Origin: Polyangiales bacterium
Lineage (GTDB): Bacteria; Myxococcota_A; Polyangia; Polyangiales; Polyangiaceae
Direction of reading: 5' to 3'
Length of the DNA stretch: 64,000 nt
Assembly: GCA_038230375.1 (NCBI GenBank)
Contig: JBBRNJ010000005.1
Location: forward strand, 128,001-192,000
A program made the translations under genes and the position numbers. The notes beneath the pieces were generated by a model that searched no databases, was not told the DNA's origin, and was given only the letters and a program-made list of their open reading frames with translations. How positions within the stretch are numbered: the first letter of the stretch is position 1; every line of letters begins with the position of its first letter. Positions 9,481 to 17,116 of the stretch are shown here, one piece after another.

Positions 9481-10908
9481 TCACGGAAGAGGCACGGCCA
9501 GGAAGTTAACCTGTCCGTCGACTGTCTGGACCTTGTAGCGAACCGGACGGCCGTGCTTCTGGTGCGCGTCCTGCTCCATGCCCTGGATACGAGTCTTGAA
9601 CGTGTCCGGGGTGATGTGGTCCGTCGCCTCGCCAAGGCCTTTTTTCGCGGCGATGTACTCCGCGAAGATACGCCCGTAGTAAGCGGCTTCCGCCTCCTGC
9701 TTCAGCGCGGATGCATCCACGGACTCGCCGCTGCCTGCGCCGCCGCCCTTGTCGACGGACATCGCGTCGGAGAAGTTCGCCGCGGATGGCGCCTTGGAGA
9801 CACGGCCCTGGTCGTCCGTGGTGTCTTCCTCGATGCCCATCAGCTGATTCAAGAGCTGATCGATCCGGAAGCCGAGGCCGCCGAGATCCGGATGCTCGAG
9901 CTCGAAGCGCTTGTCGGTCTGGCCGTTGAGGATGGCAAGGAGGCCCTCCTCGAGGACGCCGATAGGCTTCGAGATGTAGTCGCCCAGGAACCAGCCGCCG
10001 ATGACGACGAGGATGAGGCCAAGGAGCGTCGACATAAGGACGTAGAGCGGGATGTTCTTGGCATCCGCGAGCAGCGTGGTGGGCGACGCGACGATGACCG
10101 CCGCGTGCTTGCCATCGCCGAAGTTGTCGAGGGGCGCTGCAGCAAGGAACACGTCCCCAGACTGCGCCGTCTCCACGTGGCCGCTCGAAAGCGCGGTCTT
10201 GAGGTCCGCCTTCAGCGCGGCGTTCGCGGCGGCCTTCAGGTCGTCCGTTGCACCGATCGAGCTCGCAGCGAGCGACACATCCGCGCCGTTCGCGATCGCG
10301 AGCATGACGCCGCGCCCAGTGTTGTTCTCGCCGACGCCGAGCTCGTCCCCGAGCGGAACGCCCATGACGAGCGCGCCGACCGGCTTCGAGTCGTTCGTGA
10401 CCTGGACGTACGCGACCATGTACTGGCCCGTCTGGCTGACCCACACGTCCGAGCCGGACTGGCCCTTCGCGATGGTCTCCTTCAAGAGCGGGTGCTGCGC
10501 CGCGACGTCCTGACCGGCGGAGAGCGCCGAACCATTCTGGCCGACAGCCTTGCCTTGGGCGTCGATCACCATGACGAGCGACGGCGGGTTTCCGGAGAAA
10601 GTCTGCTTGGCCGCAGACAGCACACGGTCCGCAAGCGCGACGGCCGCATCGGCGCGCGCGTTTGCAGTGGAGCGTGTGAGCGCGTCCGCCGCCGTGGGCT
10701 CCTGGGCCTTGCCCGCAAGCCAGCGCTCGGCGCGAAGGCCGTCGAGCTGGAGCCTTGCGGCTGCGCTCTGGGCATCACGTTTGGCGCGCTCGGTGAGCGC
10801 TGCGGGGTTCGACGCGGCGGTCACCAACGTCTGCCTCACGATCGCGAAGGCCAGGAGCCCCGTGATCAGGACGATGACCGCATTGACTGCGATGATCTTG
10901 TTTCGCAT
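9481..10908 (-). CDS. Membrane sensor-like protein (Cache-like + HAMP) with MXAN_5187-type C-terminal domain
   Basis: Two TM helices flanking a periplasmic domain, HAMP-like segment, C-terminal YYGRIFAEYIAAKKGLGE...VRYKV; start ATG 10908. Confidence 0.65.
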   Translation of the reverse strand: MRNKIIAVNAVIVLITGLLAFAIVRQTLVTAASNPAALTERAKRDAQSAAARLQLDGLRAERWLAGKAQEPTAADALTRSTANARADAAVALADRVLSAAKQTFSGNPPSLVMVIDAQGKAVGQNGSALSAGQDVAAQHPLLKETIAKGQSGSDVWVSQTGQYMVAYVQVTNDSKPVGALVMGVPLGDELGVGENNTGRGVMLAIANGADVSLAASSIGATDDLKAAANAALKADLKTALSSGHVETAQSGDVFLAAAPLDNFGDGKHAAVIVASPTTLLADAKNIPLYVLMSTLLGLILVVIGGWFLGDYISKPIGVLEEGLLAILNGQTDKRFELEHPDLGGLGFRIDQLLNQLMGIEEDTTDDQGRVSKAPSAANFSDAMSVDKGGGAGSGESVDASALKQEAEAAYYGRIFAEYIAAKKGLGEATDHITPDTFKTRIQGMEQDAHQKHGRPVRYKVQTVDGQVNFLAVPLP

Positions 10909-11072
10909 TCCCCGAACGCCTCCGACTGCGCGGCCACGTCCCCGTGTGCCGCAGGTTGGGCCAGGCTCAGAACTGAAACCAGAACTGAGACCAGCCACGT
11001 TTCGCCCAGGACGCGCATGCGCCGAGCACGCCCAAGCTATCACCGCCCGCTTTCGCGCGGCAACAACGCATT

Positions 11073-11108
11073 GCCATCTTCACCGCCATCTTCACCGCCA
11101 TCTTCACC
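11073..11108. repeat. Three perfect copies of the 12-bp unit GCCATCTTCACC
   Basis: Read directly in the divergent intergenic region. Confidence 0.9.
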
Positions 11109-11179
11109 CACGGAGTTCTGCGTTGCCTTTGTCCGCTCCCCCTTCCCGCGCCACGGGCCGCCGCGTATGCTGAAAAGAC

Positions 11180-12211
11180 ATGTCGTCTCCCGCCGCCGAG
11201 GCCGCGCTCCTCGTCGATGACCCTCGATTTTCGGACCACGCGCCGCCGGCCTACCATCCAGAGCGTCCGGAGCGGCTCATTGCCGCACGGGCGGCGGTCG
11301 CCCGCGCAGACGTTGTGTGGTCGGCGCTCGCGCCCACGCGGGCCACGGACGACGCGCTCGTCCGCGTGCACAGCGCGGCCTATCTCGCCGAGCTCGAGCG
11401 GATGAACGGCAAGAAGGGCTACATCGACCCGGACACCTACGTGAACGAGTCGAGCATCGAGGTCGCGCGCCTCGCCGCTGGCAGCGTCGCAGCGATGGTC
11501 TCGCAGATCGTGAGCGGCCCCGTGAAGCGGGGCGTCGCGCTGGTCCGGCCGCCGGGTCACCATGCGCGCGAGTCGCAGGCCATGGGCTTCTGCCTCTTCA
11601 ACAACGTGGCGGTCGCCGCCGCGGAGGCGCGTGCGCTCGGCCTGCCGCGCGTAGCCATCGTTGACTTCGACGTGCATCACGGCAACGGAACGCAGGAGAT
11701 GTTCTACGCGGATCCCAGCGTCCTCTATGTCTCCACGCACCAGTTTCCTTTCTATCCAGGCACCGGCGCGCTCGACGAGACTGGCACTGGTGATGGAAAG
11801 GGCTTCACGCTCAACGTCCCCATGACGGCGGGCGGCGGCGACGCGGTGTATCGCGGCGCGTTCGAGCGCGTGATCCTTCCCGTGCTGGATGCGTTCGCGC
11901 CGAGCATCATCCTGGTCAGCGCGGGCTTCGACGCGAGCCTGCGCGATCCGCTCGCGGAGATGACGCTCGACTCCGCCGCGTTCGGGTGGATGTCACGCGC
12001 GCTCCGGAAGGTCGCGGACAAGCATTCGGAAGGACGCATCGGCATGGTCCTCGAGGGCGGCTACGACCTGGTCGCGCTCGAAGGCGGCCTGCTCTCGGCC
12101 ATCCACGGAATGGTCAACCACGACGCCGAGGAGATCCTGCGCGACGTCGACCACGACGATCTCGATCGCGCCGAAGCGACCGCGCGCCGCGCCTGGGCCC
12201 AAGCTCTGTAG
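11180..12211 (+). CDS. Histone deacetylase family (Zn-dependent) deacetylase
   Basis: HPERPERL, RPPGHHA, GFCLFNN, DFDVHHGNGTQ, SAGFDA, LEGGY. Confidence 0.95.
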   Translation: MSSPAAEAALLVDDPRFSDHAPPAYHPERPERLIAARAAVARADVVWSALAPTRATDDALVRVHSAAYLAELERMNGKKGYIDPDTYVNESSIEVARLAAGSVAAMVSQIVSGPVKRGVALVRPPGHHARESQAMGFCLFNNVAVAAAEARALGLPRVAIVDFDVHHGNGTQEMFYADPSVLYVSTHQFPFYPGTGALDETGTGDGKGFTLNVPMTAGGGDAVYRGAFERVILPVLDAFAPSIILVSAGFDASLRDPLAEMTLDSAAFGWMSRALRKVADKHSEGRIGMVLEGGYDLVALEGGLLSAIHGMVNHDAEEILRDVDHDDLDRAEATARRAWAQAL

Positions 12212-12303
12212 CCTGGTGTTTTCGGTCGATACCGGCTTGGTCTCGACCGAAACCACCGACGGCTCCTCGTGCGACTGTCGAGAGAACCGGAGTTTAGATG
12301 CAG

Positions 12304-12376
12304 GGTGACCGACGGGGTTTGAACCCGCGACAGCCGGAGCCACAGTCCGGCGCTCTACCAACTGAGCTACGGCCAC
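12304..12376 (-). tRNA. tRNA-His (GTG), CCA not encoded
   Basis: Minus strand GTGGCCG TA GCTC AGTTGGTA GAGC G CCGGA CTGTGGC TCCGG CTGTC GCGGG TTCAAAC CCCGT CGGTCAC C forms a cloverleaf with GTG anticodon and C73. Confidence 0.95.
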
Positions 12377-12412
12377 ATGAGCCTCCGACCAGATGGGCGA
12401 AGGCACGACGGG

Positions 12413-12450
12413 AACTTACTCGTGCGTCAGGACGGCGCAAGCCTTTTTTT
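12413..12450 (-). promoter_or_regulatory. Putative sigma-70 promoter of tRNA-His
   Basis: Minus strand A7 tract, TTGCGC, 16 nt, TAAGTT. Confidence 0.4.
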
Positions 12451-12497
12451 GGCGCTTCTCCTGCCACTGGCGCGTGGGCGGGCGCTCTCGCTCAGGC

Positions 12498-12848
12498 CTA
12501 CCGCGCGCGGGCAGCCGCTCTTGATAGCGTTCGCGTGCTCTGGTTCACGCGGCGCCATTCTTCGCGCGTGATCACGCCGTCGGATGCGGCGTCCGCGAGG
12601 ACCTTCTTGACCTCGCTCACGCTCATCTCGAAACGACCGCGGACCTCGCGCGCACGCTCCGTGGACAGCTTGCGACGAACGATGCGGGTCTCCATCCGCT
12701 CGCGAGCGTGCAGCACGCGCTCGTCCACCTTGTGGGAGTACTCCGCCGCGGGCATCGGAAAACGCCCGTGCCGCGCCGAAGCGCCAGCGACCGACGCCGT
12801 CGTCATGAGCGCCAACACAGAGCCAATGCACAACCCCCGAAACAACAT
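12498..12848 (-). CDS. Small secreted basic helical protein
   Basis: Signal peptide ending ASA; DAASDGVITREE resembles an EF-hand remnant. Confidence 0.55.
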   Translation of the reverse strand: MLFRGLCIGSVLALMTTASVAGASARHGRFPMPAAEYSHKVDERVLHARERMETRIVRRKLSTERAREVRGRFEMSVSEVKKVLADAASDGVITREEWRRVNQSTRTLSRAAARAR

Positions 12849-12929
12849 CCCCTCCGGAACTAGCACCTCTCCCCGTAAACGTCGCGCCTCGTGATACCCG
12901 GAGCGGTAGAACGTGAACGTGCCCGATCC

Positions 12930-13012
12930 TCGAGGTCGAGGTCGAGGTCGAGGTCGAGGTCGAAGTCGAAGTTGAAGTCGAGGTCGAAGTCGAGGTCGAG
13001 GCCGAGGTCGAG
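12930..13012. repeat. (GTCGAR)n hexamer tandem array, about 14 units
   Basis: GTCGAG/GTCGAA units abutting the stop codon of the 13013-13858 gene. Confidence 0.9.
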
Positions 13013-13858
13013 CTACTGACTACACGGATCCGGCAGCGGGGTCGGTGGCGACCCAGCCTCTGACGTCACGAACGTCAGCCCGATCGAGATCCCACTGCAC
13101 GCAGCCCCCACGATCTGCGTGCCGTCCGCGCCGATATCCGACGACTGCTGCATCGTCGTGAGCAGCTGGTCGATCCCCATGCCCATGCAAAGGTTGCCGT
13201 TCACGCGCCCCGCGGTGGCGCGCACCTCCTCGACGAACGCCGCGGTCTGTATGACGCCCGAGAACGTTCCACCGCCACCGGCGAAGCTGGACACGGCGGC
13301 CTCTGCCACGGGGATCGAAAGTCCCTGCTGAGCGCCGCCTATGTAGACGATGCCTTTGCCGTCGGTGATGTCCACGAACACGGCCGACGTTGCGAAGAAG
13401 GTTGGTGAGATGAGCTGCTTGATCGGCCCGAGCACCACATGGCCGAACGCGTTGTCCGTGCCATTCACTCCATCCAGCTGGACCACGCGCGAGCCATTCA
13501 GCGGAGGTGTGCACACGTTCGTATCGGTGGTGTGGGTGCAGAGCCCGTCCAGGTTGTACCCGAGGTCCATCCACTCGTTCGCGTAGGGCCCGCCGTCCGG
13601 GAAGTGGTCGCCAAAGTTCACGCCATGCAATGCGATGGTGACGCTCGTCGCCGCCATGATCGGCGGGCGATGCGGCAGGCACGTGTCCGCATCGGGCGTC
13701 TCCATCGCAGCCTCCGCCGTTGCATCGACGATGTGACCCGCATCCGCGACGACGCCAGCGTCGTCCACGCTCTGCGTGCTCTTCGATCCGCAAGCGATGG
13801 CAAGCGCACAGAGTGTGGTCGCAAGCGAGCGCCGTGTCGCCTTGGTCATCCCCTGCAT
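13013..13858 (-). CDS. Myxobacterial Cys-containing lipoprotein
   Basis: Lipobox AIAC, DAG-rich linker, GYNLDGLC...DGVNGTDNAFG. Confidence 0.7.
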   Translation of the reverse strand: MQGMTKATRRSLATTLCALAIACGSKSTQSVDDAGVVADAGHIVDATAEAAMETPDADTCLPHRPPIMAATSVTIALHGVNFGDHFPDGGPYANEWMDLGYNLDGLCTHTTDTNVCTPPLNGSRVVQLDGVNGTDNAFGHVVLGPIKQLISPTFFATSAVFVDITDGKGIVYIGGAQQGLSIPVAEAAVSSFAGGGGTFSGVIQTAAFVEEVRATAGRVNGNLCMGMGIDQLLTTMQQSSDIGADGTQIVGAACSGISIGLTFVTSEAGSPPTPLPDPCSQ

Positions 13859-13873
13859 GTAGCACCACCGGAG

Positions 13874-14245
13874 CTAGCCGACGATCGCGCCTTCTACGTA
13901 GGTGATTGTCACGCCGTTCTCGTTCATGGTGACCGCAGCCACGTCTATTCTCACGCGCTCGATCTCGCGTCGCGTTCGCAGCTCGGAGCTCCAGAGTCGT
14001 CGCGTCGCGCGGAGTAGATTGCGCCGCTTCTCCGCCCTGATCGACGAGAGCCCCGTGTCGTACGAGGAGGCCGCCCGTGTGCGCACCTCCACGACCACGA
14101 GGAGCGGGCCCTTCTCCGCAATGATGTCGATCTCGAGCGGCCCGAGCCGGCGATTCCTCGCGGTCACCCGGAAGCCGCGCACTGCCAGGTAGTCGCAAAC
14201 GGCCTGCTCGGCCGCGCGCCCCCGCTCGTGCCTCTTGTCGCCCAT
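13874..14245 (-). CDS. yraN: YraN (UPF0102) family putative endonuclease
   Basis: GRAAEQAVCDYL, RN, EIDII, VEVRTR, RIDVAAV. Confidence 0.9.
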   Translation of the reverse strand: MGDKRHERGRAAEQAVCDYLAVRGFRVTARNRRLGPLEIDIIAEKGPLLVVVEVRTRAASSYDTGLSSIRAEKRRNLLRATRRLWSSELRTRREIERVRIDVAAVTMNENGVTITYVEGAIVG

Positions 14246-14273
14246 GCTCTCGAGCCCGGCTTGCGATTGCCGG

Positions 14274-14891
14274 TCAGTTACACTTGTGGGTGTTCGAGTC
14301 GCAGATCGAGTCGCAGACCTTGCTCGCGTTGTACGCCGTGCCGTTCTTCACGCAGTAACCACCGGTGAGACCTTCGTTGCCGATGCCCGTCGCGGCGACG
14401 AGCTGGTTGCACTTGAAGCCATCGGGGCACGCGCAGTACACGGCGCCATCATCCGTCTTGCCGTCGACGTTCTGGCAGCGGCACGAGCAGTACACGGCCT
14501 TGTCGGACGTGCGGTCGGTGCACTGCGGCTGGACCGCAGCGAGCGCGTTCTTGTCACTCGGGTTGCCGAGCACGTTCGAGTCGGTGCCGGGGACCTTGCA
14601 TGCCTTGTCACCCGAGAGCGCGGCGCCCGTGGCGTCCTGTCCGTAGGCGCACGACACGCGGCCCTGGAAGTGATTCACGAGGCACAGACGGGTCTGGCAC
14701 TGGAAGCTCTTCGACTCGACGCTGACCTGCTTGTAGTCGAAGCCGTTGAAGTCGGTGTTGTACTCCTGCTCTGGAGTGCACGGGTCACCGATGCCGGTGC
14801 TTCCGCATCCCGGAAACACGGCGACCATCACCAGGGAGGCAACTGCAACGATTCCGAGGGCGCCTGCACTCGACAGCGAACGATTCATCAT
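14274..14891 (-). CDS. Cys-rich lipoprotein, probably GltK/CglC-like
   Basis: Lipobox FPGC, IGDPC...VSVESKSFQC..RLC..., YCSCRC; divergent from gltC. Confidence 0.55.
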   Translation of the reverse strand: MMNRSLSSAGALGIVAVASLVMVAVFPGCGSTGIGDPCTPEQEYNTDFNGFDYKQVSVESKSFQCQTRLCLVNHFQGRVSCAYGQDATGAALSGDKACKVPGTDSNVLGNPSDKNALAAVQPQCTDRTSDKAVYCSCRCQNVDGKTDDGAVYCACPDGFKCNQLVAATGIGNEGLTGGYCVKNGTAYNASKVCDSICDSNTHKCN

Positions 14892-14932
14892 GAACGAGCA
14901 CTCCTACGCAGTTAGAATGCGGTGCCGCGGGA

Positions 14933-14962
14933 AACCTAAACCGTTGAAGTGAAAGGCGTCAA
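14933..14962 (-). promoter_or_regulatory. Putative sigma-70 promoter for the GltK-like gene
   Basis: Minus strand TTGACG, 18 nt, TAGGTT. Confidence 0.35.
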
Positions 14963-15161
14963 GCGAAAGCACGGGCTGAGACGCTCGTTGCAAGCGTCGC
15001 GCTCTTGAGACGGGCTTTCTTCATCGGTTCGCGACACACCCAACACCAAGAACCATGGCCTTTGCGGGTTCCATTCATCGCACATTCGTCGCATCTGGCC
15101 GAAGACCGGCCGTAGACCCCCACTACACACGGAAAAACGCTTGTGAGACGGGGCCTAGCCC

Positions 15162-15190
15162 TTGACGTTCCGTGACGCTCTCAATAGCAT
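15162..15190 (+). promoter_or_regulatory. Putative sigma-70 promoter for gltCDE
   Basis: TTGACG, 17 nt, TAGCAT. Confidence 0.5.
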
Positions 15191-15318
15191 CGCCGCCGCT
15201 AATCCTAGTATCTGGCCAACATCGTTCACGTTTTGGCCGTCCGTTTCTGACCGCTGTTTCTGACCCTGTTCTCATCTCCTTTCTGGCAACCCCCCCGATC
15301 TCTCCCGAGGAAACGACG

Positions 15319-17112
15319 ATGCGAAAGCTTCTCGACAAGGCCCGCGCCCGCGCCCTTTTTCTGGCGCCGGTTCTCGCGATCGCGCTCGCTGCCAATCCGG
15401 CGCAGGCACAGAAGCCGAAGAAACCAAACTCGGGTCAGCCAGCCAAGCCGCCGAAGGGTGGAGCGAAGCCGCCCGCGGGCGGTGGTGGCGCCGACATCGA
15501 GATCGATGATCCCAACACGCCGCCGGCCGGTGGTGGTGGCGGAGGAGCCGCGAAGGCAACGGACAACGCGCCGCCTCCGCAAGCTGGACAGATGACGGAG
15601 CAGGCCGCGCAGGCAAAACGCCTCTTTGACGGCGAGAAGTGGGCGGACGCATCGCTCGCGCTCTACCGCGTCTACAAGGGCGAGACCGGCGACGACGAGG
15701 GCAACAAGCAGCTCGCGCAGTACCACCTTGCGATCGCGCTCTACCGCTTGAAGTTCTACCAGGCCGCGTACGGCATCTTCTCCGAGATCGCCGACAAGCC
15801 GAACCACCTCAAGTTCAACGAGACCTTGCTGTGGCTCTCGAAGCTCGCGACCGACTTGCCGGAGCCCGCCGACATTGTCGAGCGCGTCGGCAAGTACAGC
15901 GACGCGCAGGTCAGCAAGTTCGACAACTCGAACCAGCGCGAGCTCTTCTGGCACCTCAACTATCTGCTGGGTCGCTACAAGTACAAGAACCGCCAGTACG
16001 AGGAGGCGCTCCGCCTGTTCGGCAAGGTCGCGCGCGAGTCGAAGTACTACATCAAGGCGCAGTTCTTCAGCGGCATCTCCAACGTGCAGCTCCGCAAGAG
16101 CGTGCCCGCGGTCGAGTCGTTCCGCCGCATCGTCGGCGCGATCGAAGAGGGCGTCGAGGGCCTCGAGGACGAGGGCCGCATGCGCGACCTCGCGCTCCTT
16201 TCCATTGCCCGCACCATGTACTCGAAGTCCGTCTCGATCGACGAGGCGTCAGGCGCTCCGAAGATCAGCCAGGACCACCTCTCACAGGCCGTCATTTACT
16301 GGAACAAGGTCGACGTCGCGTCGGAGTACTGGCTCGACGGCCTCTTCGAGGAGTCGTGGGCCTACTTCATGGCCGGTGACTACGCGCACTCGCTCGGCAA
16401 CATCCACACGATCCAGGCGCCGTACTTCCCGAACTCGTACTACCCGGAGGCGGAGATCCTCAAGGCGGTCATCTACTTCTCGAACTGCCAGTACGACGAC
16501 GCCACGATCATCGTCGCGAAGTTCCAGCAGCGCTACCAGCCGCTCTACGACGACCTCAACAAGGTCCTTGGCAAGTTCAAGGGCGAGAACCAGGAAGAGC
16601 CCTTCTACAAATTCTTGAAGGACGTTCGTGACGGCAAGGCGGACCTTCCGCCGCGCACGAAGACCGTCGTCGAGAACGCGCTCTCCGACCGCTCGCTCCT
16701 CCGTCACCTCCAGTACGTGCAGGTGCTCGACGACGAGGGCAACCGCTTCAAGAAGGCGCCCGGCAGCTTCCAGAACTCGCCGCTCGGCAACGACGTCAAG
16801 GACGCGCTCCAGCTCGCCCGCGACATCGCGGTCCGTAACGCAGGTCAGCTCGCGAAGGAGCGCTACGAGCGAAACCTCGCGGAGCTCAACGAGCACCTTC
16901 GTGACAGCGCGAAGATCCTCATCGATATCACCGCCGCCCAGCGTAACCAGCTGGACCAGGCCATCCAGGGTAGCCAGGTGTCGGTCCAAGAATCCCAGCG
17001 CAACATCGTCAAAGCAGACGACGAGCACGTCATCTGGCCGTTCGACGGCGAGTACTGGCGTGATGAGCTCGGGTTCTATCGTCAGACCATCACCTCGAAG
17101 TGTGGGAGGTAG
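15319..17112 (+). CDS. gltC: Gliding motility TPR protein GltC
   Basis: Signal peptide, TPR helices, characteristic C-terminus WPFDGEYWRDELGFY...C; GAGG RBS before ATG 15319. Confidence 0.85.
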   Translation: MRKLLDKARARALFLAPVLAIALAANPAQAQKPKKPNSGQPAKPPKGGAKPPAGGGGADIEIDDPNTPPAGGGGGGAAKATDNAPPPQAGQMTEQAAQAKRLFDGEKWADASLALYRVYKGETGDDEGNKQLAQYHLAIALYRLKFYQAAYGIFSEIADKPNHLKFNETLLWLSKLATDLPEPADIVERVGKYSDAQVSKFDNSNQRELFWHLNYLLGRYKYKNRQYEEALRLFGKVARESKYYIKAQFFSGISNVQLRKSVPAVESFRRIVGAIEEGVEGLEDEGRMRDLALLSIARTMYSKSVSIDEASGAPKISQDHLSQAVIYWNKVDVASEYWLDGLFEESWAYFMAGDYAHSLGNIHTIQAPYFPNSYYPEAEILKAVIYFSNCQYDDATIIVAKFQQRYQPLYDDLNKVLGKFKGENQEEPFYKFLKDVRDGKADLPPRTKTVVENALSDRSLLRHLQYVQVLDDEGNRFKKAPGSFQNSPLGNDVKDALQLARDIAVRNAGQLAKERYERNLAELNEHLRDSAKILIDITAAQRNQLDQAIQGSQVSVQESQRNIVKADDEHVIWPFDGEYWRDELGFYRQTITSKCGR

Positions 17113-17116
17113 GTAT

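Noticed and set aside
12211..14270. Integrative element at tRNA-His
   Set aside because: No integrase or transposase and no duplicated tRNA 3' end seen
16628..17116. N-terminal extension of gltD overlapping gltC
   Set aside because: Alternate-frame read of gltC; ATG 17117 has an RBS and a signal peptide
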